A DNA stretch of 11,056 nucleotides from Candidatus Thorarchaeota archaeon (lineage in GTDB: Archaea; Asgardarchaeota; Thorarchaeia; Thorarchaeales; Thorarchaeaceae). The notes beneath the pieces were generated by a model, which worked only from the letters and a program-made list of their open reading frames with translations, was not told the DNA's origin and ran no database searches. Position numbers and translations under genes: made by a program. The stretch's first letter is position 1. Every line of letters starts with the position of its first letter. The stretch spans positions 1-11,056 of the forward strand of contig JAEOTX010000174.1 of the NCBI GenBank assembly GCA_016839605.1. Reading direction: 5' to 3'. Below, one piece after another: positions 1 through 7,688 of the stretch.

Positions 1-2
1 TC

Positions 3-737
3 AAACAACATCCAGACCGCTATGGAGGATTTGCATCTGTACCTCTGCCAGATATAGATGGAGCATTTGCAGAGCTTGAGTACGCATTAGACGAGCTCCA
101 TCTTGATGGCGTCGTTCTTCTGTCAAATTCTAAAGGAATGTACTTGGGAGACCCTGAGCTCGAGGAGTTCTTTGCTGAGCTGAACAGGCGCAAGGTAGTG
201 GTCTTTGTTCATCCTGAAGATCCGCCCTTTGCAGACATGAGAAAACCTGACGTTCCAATTCCCTTCATTGAGTGGCCCTTTGACACAACACGAGCGGTTG
301 CGAACATGGTCTACAGTGGGGTGCTTGACAGGTGTCCAAACATCAGATTCATCCTCTCACACGGTGGTGGAGTAGTACCATATATGGCGTGGAGGATCAG
401 TATTCTGGAATACCGACAACGGGACAAGGTCAAGAAACTGCGGTCTCTCTATGACCTGATTCTCCGCAAGCAAGGGCCATCTACCGGCATGAAACTCCTG
501 AAGAACATGTACTATGACACAACTGCTGTGACAGCCCGAAGTTCTCTGACCACCCTCAAGGAGCTGTTAGAGCCATCTCACATTGTACTCGGGACCGACC
601 TGGGCGCGGCTCCAAAGCTAATGGCCTCACTTGTCTTGAATGACTTGAAATCATTCCATGGGTTTGATGAAGAAGACTTGAGGACTATCGCACGAAAGGG
701 TGCACTTGAGCTATTCCCCAGACTAGCGTCTGTTTGA
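3..737 (+). CDS. Amidohydrolase family 2 protein (ACMSD/aromatic-acid decarboxylase-like metal-dependent TIM barrel), 5'-truncated by the window edge
   Basis: The frame is open from nt 3 (KQHPDRYGGFASVPLPDIDGAFAELEYALDELHLDGVVLLSN..) into the ORF-track ATG at 138. Family motifs are HPDRY-GFA-VP, YLGDP, VFVHP, FDTTRA, ILSHGGG, YYDT and LGTD. The N-terminal metal-binding HxH would lie upstream of the window. Confidence 0.9.
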   Translation, partial: KQHPDRYGGFASVPLPDIDGAFAELEYALDELHLDGVVLLSNSKGMYLGDPELEEFFAELNRRKVVVFVHPEDPPFADMRKPDVPIPFIEWPFDTTRAVANMVYSGVLDRCPNIRFILSHGGGVVPYMAWRISILEYRQRDKVKKLRSLYDLILRKQGPSTGMKLLKNMYYDTTAVTARSSLTTLKELLEPSHIVLGTDLGAAPKLMASLVLNDLKSFHGFDEEDLRTIARKGALELFPRLASV

Positions 738-778
738 AGGTGTGACAATAGACAAGTCAGTGGTCAGAGTGATTTGCT

Positions 779-1528
779 CTACACTGAATCTACAATCTCT
801 GCAATCTGAGCTGCTTGCCATTTTTCAGTGACACCCACTGTCACAGTACATACATTTGGAATACCAAACACATAATCCAGCGCTTCCTGAGGGGGTATTT
901 TTCCCGCAGCAAGTGTCTTCATGCCCATCACAGGGTGACGACTGTCTAGTGCACGGAGCAGGTCTTCCATCTCAGCTGTAGTTCCACCGATACTATAGCC
1001 AGTACGATTGATCGGGAGGAGGAGTCCGAATGACTCGTCGTGAAGAGGATTTTCCTCTGACTGGAGCACTTTGAGGGTATGGCAGGTGTCATGTGTCGCT
1101 AGGCCTGGAAACGAATTTGCATTCCTGATGGTATCGAAACATGCCTTTAGGTCATCCAATCGCTTGTCTAGGAACCTGTCAGTCATTGCTCCATGGACAA
1201 AAACGACCTCGGGATCCAGCACCAGTACTGCCTTGAGGTTGTCCTCCCAGTTCTCAGGTAGGAGTGATACGGCGACCTTGAAATCACGATTCTCCTTTGT
1301 CAGTCGTGCCGCCTCAACTATCGTCGGATAGCCTGTCACATGGGCCCCCGGGTATCCTAGTCTGCAGAAATGTTCAAACATCTCACTCATTCTTTCTGGG
1401 TGGTTGAAGAAGCGTCTGTGCCATTCTTGTCCGGCCAGTCCAAACTGCCCGGCACCCATGAAAGGGCTTGTCCCACATAGGAGGCGAGGAAGAGTTGCTG
1501 TACCGAACTTGACCTCTGACAATTGCAT
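779..1528 (-). CDS. Aldo/keto-reductase-like TIM-barrel protein (archaeal conserved hypothetical)
   Basis: The N-terminal LPRLLCGTSPFMGAGQFG and C-terminal VMGMKTLAAGKIPPQEALDYV...VTVGV segments match AKR-fold ends. Start moved from 1564 to ATG 1528, which follows AAAGGTGT (RBS-like) and avoids overlap with the upstream stop. Confidence 0.7.
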   Translation of the reverse strand: MQLSEVKFGTATLPRLLCGTSPFMGAGQFGLAGQEWHRRFFNHPERMSEMFEHFCRLGYPGAHVTGYPTIVEAARLTKENRDFKVAVSLLPENWEDNLKAVLVLDPEVVFVHGAMTDRFLDKRLDDLKACFDTIRNANSFPGLATHDTCHTLKVLQSEENPLHDESFGLLLPINRTGYSIGGTTAEMEDLLRALDSRHPVMGMKTLAAGKIPPQEALDYVFGIPNVCTVTVGVTEKWQAAQIAEIVDSV

Positions 1529-1563
1529 ACACCTTTCTGATGAGTTTGAGAATAGCGCTTGCA

Positions 1564-2259
1564 CTATCTTCTCTTACGTACCTTATCGGTGTATCTCCTT
1601 AGATACCAGTATATCATCCAACCAAGTAGCCGTTCAACTATTCGTGGCGGGATTCCCTCTTCACCTCTTGATTTGTCCATCATCTCATAGATGTCATCAT
1701 ATGATGCTAGGGTTCCTCTATCCTGCACAATCCAAGGCTTCATGACAGTCAGGTCTGACTCACCATCCCAGTCGATTGTAGGAATTTCCTCGAGTTCGAT
1801 TTGCCCTTTCTCAAGCAGGCTTTCATAGAGTGGGCGATCCAACATAGCTTCACATGACACCCATTTGCCTTCCAAGAAGCACTCACACCAGAAGTGCGAT
1901 ACCACGGGAGGCATCCTATTTGCCAGCCAGTCTGGCACTATTCCTCTGAGTGCTTCGCTCTTGCATTTTGTGACGCGGAATCTTGCTGGTATTCCAACAG
2001 CACGCAGAAGGGCAATCTGAAGGTTGGTCTTGGTGCCACATTCTCCAGTTCGAAGTCTGAGTACCCCTGTCGCCTTTGTCTTCATATTGTTGATTCCGAA
2101 GTTTATCTCATCCCGAATGAAACTAAAGATTCTCAGCGCTCTCTCCTTCTTCGTGAAAGCACCCTGGCATATTTCTTCGGCAAGACCTAGAATCTCAGGT
2201 GCCTGCCAGTCGCAAAATGCCGTTGCTTGAAGATATTCTTCCATTTTTCCTTCCATCAA
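1564..2259 (-). CDS. Transglutaminase-like (Cys-His-Asp) domain protein
   Basis: Motifs are GECGTKTNLQIALLRAVGIPAR (catalytic Cys), HFWCECFLEGKWV (His) and a downstream acidic position in SCEAMLD, plus a typical N-terminal YL-AT-FCDW-APEI and IFSFIRDEI. The exact start is uncertain (2259, 2256 or 2244). Confidence 0.85.
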   Translation of the reverse strand: MMEGKMEEYLQATAFCDWQAPEILGLAEEICQGAFTKKERALRIFSFIRDEINFGINNMKTKATGVLRLRTGECGTKTNLQIALLRAVGIPARFRVTKCKSEALRGIVPDWLANRMPPVVSHFWCECFLEGKWVSCEAMLDRPLYESLLEKGQIELEEIPTIDWDGESDLTVMKPWIVQDRGTLASYDDIYEMMDKSRGEEGIPPRIVERLLGWMIYWYLRRYTDKVRKRR

Positions 2260-2361
2260 CTATCCACGCATCTAGAGGCAGTTTCAGTACTAGCGTACTA
2301 CTGAACTATGATGATATTGCAGCATAGATACTTAACCTAACTCTCCAACGCAAGCACACTC

Positions 2362-2847
2362 ATGGAAATGGAGATGAAGATGAAACTTGAGGACCGGATC
2401 TTCAAGAGGGCCATTGAGATTCGCAACAACTGGAATGATACTGAGAAACTCAAGAACCTCCTAGACGCGTGGGATAAGGAGTTTAGACATGACCATGATG
2501 GTGTCGTTGAGAGGGTTCTTGGCCCGTTCCTAGAGGAAACCTGGAAGAAGAAGGCCGAGGAGCATGGAAGTAATTCCTTGGAAGACTTGCTCAATATCCT
2601 ACTTGATTGGCCAGAAGCAAAATACACCAAGGAAAAGATAGAGGGTGGATACAAGGTGACTACCACTCACTGTCCGATTGCTGCAAGCTATAGATCAATT
2701 GGTCGTGGGGATTACGGTGCCACTTTTCACTGCATTTCAGACCCGTACATCTGTAGAGGATTCAACAGCAGGATTCAGCATCGAAAGATAAGCAGTCGTA
2801 TGCAGGGTGATGATGCATGTGTCCACTTCTATACGATAGATAGATGA
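2362..2847 (+). CDS. L-2-amino-thiazoline-4-carboxylic acid hydrolase-like / V4R-related small-ligand-binding protein
   Basis: The pattern THCPIA..YR..G...G..FHC.SD....GFN..I......MQGDDAC.H.Y is characteristic of the ATC_hydrolase/V4R-like clan. There are several in-frame ATGs (2362-2380). Confidence 0.75.
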   Translation: MEMEMKMKLEDRIFKRAIEIRNNWNDTEKLKNLLDAWDKEFRHDHDGVVERVLGPFLEETWKKKAEEHGSNSLEDLLNILLDWPEAKYTKEKIEGGYKVTTTHCPIAASYRSIGRGDYGATFHCISDPYICRGFNSRIQHRKISSRMQGDDACVHFYTIDR

Positions 2848-2878
2848 GGACACTCGCCAAGGTATTGACTAGCACGTT

Positions 2879-2883
2879 GGAGG
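2879..2883 (+). promoter_or_regulatory. Ribosome-binding site GGAGG of the tautomerase gene
   Basis: GGAGG lies 7 nt upstream of ATG 2891. Confidence 0.7.
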
Positions 2884-2890
2884 ACAACTC

Positions 2891-3094
2891 ATGCCCATTG
2901 TAGATGTTAAGATGTGGAAAGGTGTATCAGATGAAGCTGCGGAGAAAATCATCTCGGGAATCACGAAGGTCCTTGTCGACTTGGGGATTCCAGAACGAGC
3001 TGTCGAAGTCGTTATTCATGAGATTCCCAAAGCCCACTGGGGAATCGGAGGAAAACCAGCTTCAAAAGTGATGCCAGACGAAAAGCCTCCCTGA
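2891..3094 (+). CDS. 4-oxalocrotonate tautomerase family protein (DmpI-like)
   Basis: 67 aa with the catalytic N-terminal Pro1 (MPIVDV), beta-alpha-beta pattern, VEVVIHEIP and HWGIGG motif, and a strong RBS. Confidence 0.92.
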   Translation: MPIVDVKMWKGVSDEAAEKIISGITKVLVDLGIPERAVEVVIHEIPKAHWGIGGKPASKVMPDEKPP

Positions 3095-3188
3095 TTCAAG
3101 AGCTGCTCTGCTCAGCGAAATGCAACAGTACTTCGTAAAAAGGCATAACTGCAATTGAATCTTCGACAATCAGTAATGTGGTGTTTGT

Positions 3189-4856
3189 ATGGTTCGGACC
3201 CTGTATCTAAACTTCTTGTTTAAGAAAGAAGGCACGAGAGTTGTGGCAGAGCCGGAAAGCGTCTGTCTAGCTGCGGCACTTGCATCTGCAGAATCTCAGA
3301 AGGGGAAGAAAGCTAGGATAATTGGTCTAAGTAGTGTTTCATTCCCATTCTGGATTGTGCAGACCTCGCCTACGAAATCGATTGCTTTAAACGCATCTAG
3401 TAGTGGGACTACGGAGTTTCACTTCAGCGGGATGAAGGGAGCAAGTGAAGTGAGGAGGATATTAGGTGCTGAATTATCTCAAGCAACAGACATCCCTGGA
3501 GTTTCATCAAAGATACAGCCACTTCTTGAGAATGTTGACCACCATACAACTAGCATTGCTGGTATAGCTGAGCCATCATTCATCAAAGCAATAGGGGATT
3601 TCGTTCTTGTTTCTGACCTTTCAGCTGAACCCAACAGAGTCGAAATCCGGTCTGAATCGGGCGCTGCTCTCAAGAGATCTGAAGAGTTCAAGAAAATCTC
3701 TGAATCCGCAAAGCTACGTATTGAATCAGCAGAAACGTTACAGAATCTACTCAGGGAGAATTACGGAGCTCAAACCACAATTCTAGAGAACATCACGAAA
3801 TTGGAACATGAGAGGGGAGACGGCCGCGTCAGTACGATGGAGGAAAGAACAAAGCAAGAGATTGCTAGTCTCAGGGAGAAAAAAGAGAACGAGATCTATG
3901 AGTTGCGTGAGAAGCACAAGATGAATCTGCGAGCTATGACAGCAGACTTCTCTAGAGCGATAAATGACCTTGAACAGTTCTTTGCTGAAATTGTTGGTGA
4001 GATAAGAAAAGCACAATCCCTAATCAGCCAGAAAGAAGCAGATACTGAAGGTGCGATTTCAGTCTACAGCAATCTTGTGAGCTCGCTGAAGTCGACCCTG
4101 GCAAATAGCCAACAGCCCTTGGATATGATGGATGCGAAGAAAGCGGATCTGGAGAGACGTGTTGCTGAGGCTCAAACAAGATTCGAATCGGACAAGATGA
4201 ACGCAGAGACCTCGTTGCAAACTGAGATCCAAGAACGTCAAAGAAGAATCGAAGAGTCGAGGGGTGAAAAGGAGATCAAGACCAAAGAACTTGATGACCT
4301 CAAGGCTCAGGTGAAGGCTGCAATAAGCAAGTCTGAACAGTCAATCGCGAAGAGAGTCTTGGATTTTCAACAGGAGTTTCTTAAGCTGATGAACTGGACA
4401 GTGGATAACAATTCAGTCAGAGAGCTTGCACCATTGACGCTTCTCGATGTACATACATATGTGGTCAAGTATGACGATCAGTCTCTTAACGTCCTCACTC
4501 CCTGTTTCTTGCCTGAAGAGAACATATTGACCATGGGAGAAGGAAATACATTGAGCAAGGAGTTTGATGATGCTTTTACAACCTACATAGACGAATTGCT
4601 CCAGAAAGACACATCCTTCAAAGGATCCTTCGAGCGCGCCTGTACGAAGGGCAACATGCTGTTAGCGGCTGAAGCTGAGGAATCACTAGTGCAGGGGCTA
4701 GAGGAGCTCCTAAGAAAAAGACTTCTTCAGACTGATGACATAGAGCGATTACTCACTGTTTGGAGTAAATACTCAGGAAAATGTCCCAAGTGCGGGGCTG
4801 GTGTTGATGCAGGTGCCCAGTTCTGTCAGAAGTGCGGATTGGAATTAACAACTTAA
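3189..4856 (+). CDS. Long coiled-coil protein with globular N- and C-terminal regions and a C-terminal zinc ribbon
   Basis: 555 aa. Residues ~157-402 form an E/K/R/Q-rich helical region that is almost proline-free. The C-terminus carries CPKCG-x8-FCQKCG. GTGGTG lies upstream of the ATG. Confidence 0.85.
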   Translation: MVRTLYLNFLFKKEGTRVVAEPESVCLAAALASAESQKGKKARIIGLSSVSFPFWIVQTSPTKSIALNASSSGTTEFHFSGMKGASEVRRILGAELSQATDIPGVSSKIQPLLENVDHHTTSIAGIAEPSFIKAIGDFVLVSDLSAEPNRVEIRSESGAALKRSEEFKKISESAKLRIESAETLQNLLRENYGAQTTILENITKLEHERGDGRVSTMEERTKQEIASLREKKENEIYELREKHKMNLRAMTADFSRAINDLEQFFAEIVGEIRKAQSLISQKEADTEGAISVYSNLVSSLKSTLANSQQPLDMMDAKKADLERRVAEAQTRFESDKMNAETSLQTEIQERQRRIEESRGEKEIKTKELDDLKAQVKAAISKSEQSIAKRVLDFQQEFLKLMNWTVDNNSVRELAPLTLLDVHTYVVKYDDQSLNVLTPCFLPEENILTMGEGNTLSKEFDDAFTTYIDELLQKDTSFKGSFERACTKGNMLLAAEAEESLVQGLEELLRKRLLQTDDIERLLTVWSKYSGKCPKCGAGVDAGAQFCQKCGLELTT

Positions 4857-4866
4857 CTCTGAATGG

Positions 4867-5061
4867 TCAAAAAACTATCAAGCCTGCCGTGTACATGAGG
4901 ACCATGAACATCACACACAGAATAAGCGAAGACGCTATCCGTACTACGCTTTTTGCTGCACCATCATATCTCAGTTCTACTGCAATCCAAATGCAGAATA
5001 CTACAGCCATAACCACCATCATTACTGAGGTCACCGGGATTGAATCGAATAGTTGAATCAA
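4867..5061 (-). CDS. Small two-TM membrane protein, unknown function
   Basis: 64 aa with two hydrophobic stretches (VMMVVMAVVFCIWIAV; IASSLILCVMFMVLMYTAGLIVF) and a TTG start preceded by GGTGG. It is convergent with the coiled-coil gene with a 10-nt gap. Confidence 0.7.
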   Translation of the reverse strand: MIQLFDSIPVTSVMMVVMAVVFCIWIAVELRYDGAAKSVVRIASSLILCVMFMVLMYTAGLIVF

Positions 5062-5196
5062 TTATACCACCACGCGCATTGAGTTGCATGAATCTTAGAT
5101 AAAGAACTATACATACGCAGAATGTTGCGTATATCCAAAGCAAATTCGACTCAGCTTTTGATGACGTCTGCGTTCACATTGGAAATTATAGACAGA

Positions 5197-5616
5197 TTAA
5201 CCGTCGCCCAACCAATCAGGCACTTCATGATCCAGCCAAACGGGATCTGGCGTGATCTCATCCTCTACGTCTCTACCGCGGCTGTCATGGATTATTTCGT
5301 TGAATTCCTCTGAAACAGATACGGTCATGTCTTTATCTACAACCATCTGACAAGACAGGAACACCTGAGGTGCATCGAATTGGGGCAAACCCGCTTCTAT
5401 CTTCCTATCAAAGAGCTCCTTCTGGGCTTGAGTCACCTTTCTTGGTATTCCTTTCCTTGCAGTGACTCTACAGGTGGTGCATCTCGCCTTCCCTCCGCAA
5501 GAATGGACTATGTCAATCTCATGCTCTATAAGAGCCTTGAGAAGCTTCGTCCCATTCTCAACGGTGAATTCCTTCACGACTTCTCCCATGAAGTCGACTA
5601 CCGTTACTGTTGGCAT
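5197..5616 (-). CDS. [2Fe-2S] ferredoxin (adrenodoxin/ISC-type spacing) with acidic C-terminal tail
   Basis: C40-x5-C46-x2-C49-x39-C89 (HSCGGKARCTTCRV...LSCQ), with a beta-grasp-type N-terminus. Confidence 0.9.
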   Translation of the reverse strand: MPTVTVVDFMGEVVKEFTVENGTKLLKALIEHEIDIVHSCGGKARCTTCRVTARKGIPRKVTQAQKELFDRKIEAGLPQFDAPQVFLSCQMVVDKDMTVSVSEEFNEIIHDSRGRDVEDEITPDPVWLDHEVPDWLGDG

Positions 5617-5763
5617 GTTTGACGAATGGCAAATTCCTGCTAAAATGCATTATGAAGAAACTGCTCTCATGAAATGAATCCAAAGAAAGTGAGAACTATG
5701 TCAATGAGTGTGATTGGGGTGGTGGAGCGATAAGATATTGGGAGTTGGGGGGTTGAAACCTGC

Positions 5764-7050
5764 CTACTCGTAAGGAGTAGCTTTCCCTTCAGCGACCTCC
5801 CGACTAAACCACTCCTTATAAGGTTCAAACTCAGGGGGCTTGAACTCGATCTCGTCCAGGTTCTCAGGTATGGGATACTTTCCATAAAGCCTGACTGCCT
5901 CAATATAGGAATGAACGTTTATCGGAGGAGTGTCCGCAGGGATTTGAATGGCATTGAACATGAGGCGACCCTCTCTCGCAAGCCCATCCATCACCCTCTT
6001 TACAAAGTTAGCTATCTCATACGGGGACGAGTCCCTAATATAGCTGGCACTGCAGGTTGCAGCAACTGGTGGCCAAGAGCCCTTCGCCTTGTTCACCTCA
6101 ACGAACTCCTGCATCACCTCCATCGGCCAAAGTTCTGGCTTTCCCATCCCCATCATTAGGAAAGGCATCCCCATCATCTCTTTTCCCATTCGGGACCAGC
6201 ACCACTTCATGAGGTCAGGATCGAATTTCTCAGGGTTGTCTTCGCAATAATCTCCAGATATCGCAACCATGGCTGACAGCCCCTTCTTCTTGGCCTGCTC
6301 CACCAAGTATTTGTTCCACGGGAATACAAACTCTTCAAGAATCTCTTTGCTAATGTTTGGAATAACCGCCCATGCATCAGCACCTATAGAATTCTTGGCG
6401 CCGGTTTCTTCTTTCAGCAACTGAAGGTAAGGTATCAGCACATCATCTATAGACCACTGAAGAAGTCTATGAATGAACTCGGGATTCTTTCTAGTGTTCA
6501 GAATGACTCTAGGATATGAGTGGACTCCACAGATAAAACTGAAGGGAGCACAGAAGACTCCACTGCAAGTCCCTGAATTCTGCTTATTTCTAAGAATACT
6601 ATCAATAACAAACCCTACTCTGCCCGAATCTCTCTCTATTGGCACCTTGACTTTGTCCATATCCTCTGGCTTCTTGACTAGTGGATCGCTCTGATCTATT
6701 GTGTTCATATGGTCTTTACTCCTGACCAGCTTTCCACCAAGCGCCTCAATTTCATAGTTATAGGCCTCTGGAGCCATTCCCATTGGGGTCTCAAATCCGT
6801 ACCACTTTTGGACACTAGTCTGTACATCAGTACAATACGCCCCATCCGTTTGATGAAATCTTTCAGGGTCTGCTCCGGCCACAGTCATTGTATGAACATG
6901 GATTTGAGCAGTCCCCAATGGCACGTAGTCGGGTTTCCCCATTATAGCCGCTACAGACCTGCTTCCAGAATTTAGATTGATGAATCGCAGTCCCTTTGCA
7001 TATAGCAGCCCTTTAATCGCATCTCCAGTTGATGGTCTGACAAAACTCAA
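5764..7050 (-). CDS. Uroporphyrinogen decarboxylase (UroD/MetE-like) family cobamide-dependent methyltransferase
   Basis: Motifs include PDYVP, YNYEIEALGG, DPLVKKPED, FCAPFS, KNPEFIHRLL, ADAW..P.IS..LEEFVFP and IPADTPPINV..YIEAV..YG. The TTG at 7050 overlaps the corrinoid gene stop (TTGA) and follows GGGGGTG, so the ORF-track start at 7110 is probably an over-extension. Confidence 0.85.
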   Translation of the reverse strand: MSFVRPSTGDAIKGLLYAKGLRFINLNSGSRSVAAIMGKPDYVPLGTAQIHVHTMTVAGADPERFHQTDGAYCTDVQTSVQKWYGFETPMGMAPEAYNYEIEALGGKLVRSKDHMNTIDQSDPLVKKPEDMDKVKVPIERDSGRVGFVIDSILRNKQNSGTCSGVFCAPFSFICGVHSYPRVILNTRKNPEFIHRLLQWSIDDVLIPYLQLLKEETGAKNSIGADAWAVIPNISKEILEEFVFPWNKYLVEQAKKKGLSAMVAISGDYCEDNPEKFDPDLMKWCWSRMGKEMMGMPFLMMGMGKPELWPMEVMQEFVEVNKAKGSWPPVAATCSASYIRDSSPYEIANFVKRVMDGLAREGRLMFNAIQIPADTPPINVHSYIEAVRLYGKYPIPENLDEIEFKPPEFEPYKEWFSREVAEGKATPYE

Positions 7051-7688
7051 CTCTGCACCCCCATCAACTTCAGGGCTTTCTCTGCAGTTTCTACTCCATC
7101 TCTCCCCCATGCATCCGCTCCCAGTTTCTTTACATATTCATCACTTGTCCTCACGCCCCCCATCATCACTTTCACATCATCTTTTAGCCCATTATCTACC
7201 AATGCCTGAACATAGTCCTTCATCGTTGACGCAGTGGTACTCATGTAGGCGCCTATCCCCACGATATCGGGTCTGAACTCCTTTGTCTTCTCAATGAACG
7301 TGGTGATTGGTACGTTTACGCCGAGGTCAATGACCTCGAAACCAGCCCCCTTTAGCATTGTCACAACAATCGATTTACCAAGATCATGCATGTCTCCCTC
7401 TACAGTGCAGATCAGGTACTTTCCGATCTTCTCTCGATTCTGGATATCCTGGTCTTTCTCCAGGATGTTCATTGCTGACTTGAAGGCTTCTCCGCACATA
7501 ACTACATCTGAAATGAAGTAGGCATTCTGTTTCCATAATTCTCCGGCTTGGTTGATGCCAGGAACGACGGCATTGTTGATCGCGTTCAGAACGTCAGCTC
7601 CCGAGTCCATTAGTCCCTTTGCTAACTCTTCGGCTAAGTCTGGCTCTCCTTCAACAATAGCATTCTTTAATTCCTCTAGATTCTCCAA
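7047..7688 (-). CDS. Corrinoid (B12-binding) protein of a methyltransferase system (MtaC/MttC-like: helical cap plus B12-binding Rossmann domain)
   Basis: The cap domain (LKNAIVEG...PGINQAGELW...FISDVV) is followed by TVEGDMHDLGK, GFEVIDLG.NVP and VKVMMGG. The likely start is TTG 7688, 9 nt after GGGTG, with ATG 7712 as the alternative. Confidence 0.93.
   Translation of the reverse strand: MENLEELKNAIVEGEPDLAEELAKGLMDSGADVLNAINNAVVPGINQAGELWKQNAYFISDVVMCGEAFKSAMNILEKDQDIQNREKIGKYLICTVEGDMHDLGKSIVVTMLKGAGFEVIDLGVNVPITTFIEKTKEFRPDIVGIGAYMSTTASTMKDYVQALVDNGLKDDVKVMMGGVRTSDEYVKKLGADAWGRDGVETAEKALKLMGVQS

Noticed and set aside
1529-1564. ORF-track extension of the AKR-like gene to GTG 1564
   Set aside because: ATG 1528 has an RBS-like GGTG upstream and the recognisable fold begins there.
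3099-3109. Short dyad AGAGC-T-GCTCT after the tautomerase stop
   Set aside because: 5-bp arms with a 1-nt loop and no T-tract are expected by chance.
3189-4856. Calling the coiled-coil protein SMC/Rad50 or ESCRT-III/PspA
   Set aside because: It has no Walker or ABC-signature motifs and no central CxxC hook, and it is far longer than ESCRT-III/PspA with extra globular domains.
5701-5766. Pyrrolysine read-through of the methyltransferase TAG, which would add AGFNPPTPNILSLHHPNHTH
   Set aside because: Pyl occurs internally in MtmB/MtbB/MttB, not at the end of UroD-fold proteins. The domain is already complete and no pyl genes are in view.
5764-7050. Calling the gene hemE or mtaA
   Set aside because: It lacks both the UroD N-terminal signature and the MtaA HxC...C zinc motif.
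7051-7110. ORF-track N-terminal extension of the methyltransferase (MGERWSRN...)
   Set aside because: It overlaps the corrinoid gene by 64 nt. The TTG at 7050 with an RBS and TTGA coupling is more plausible.
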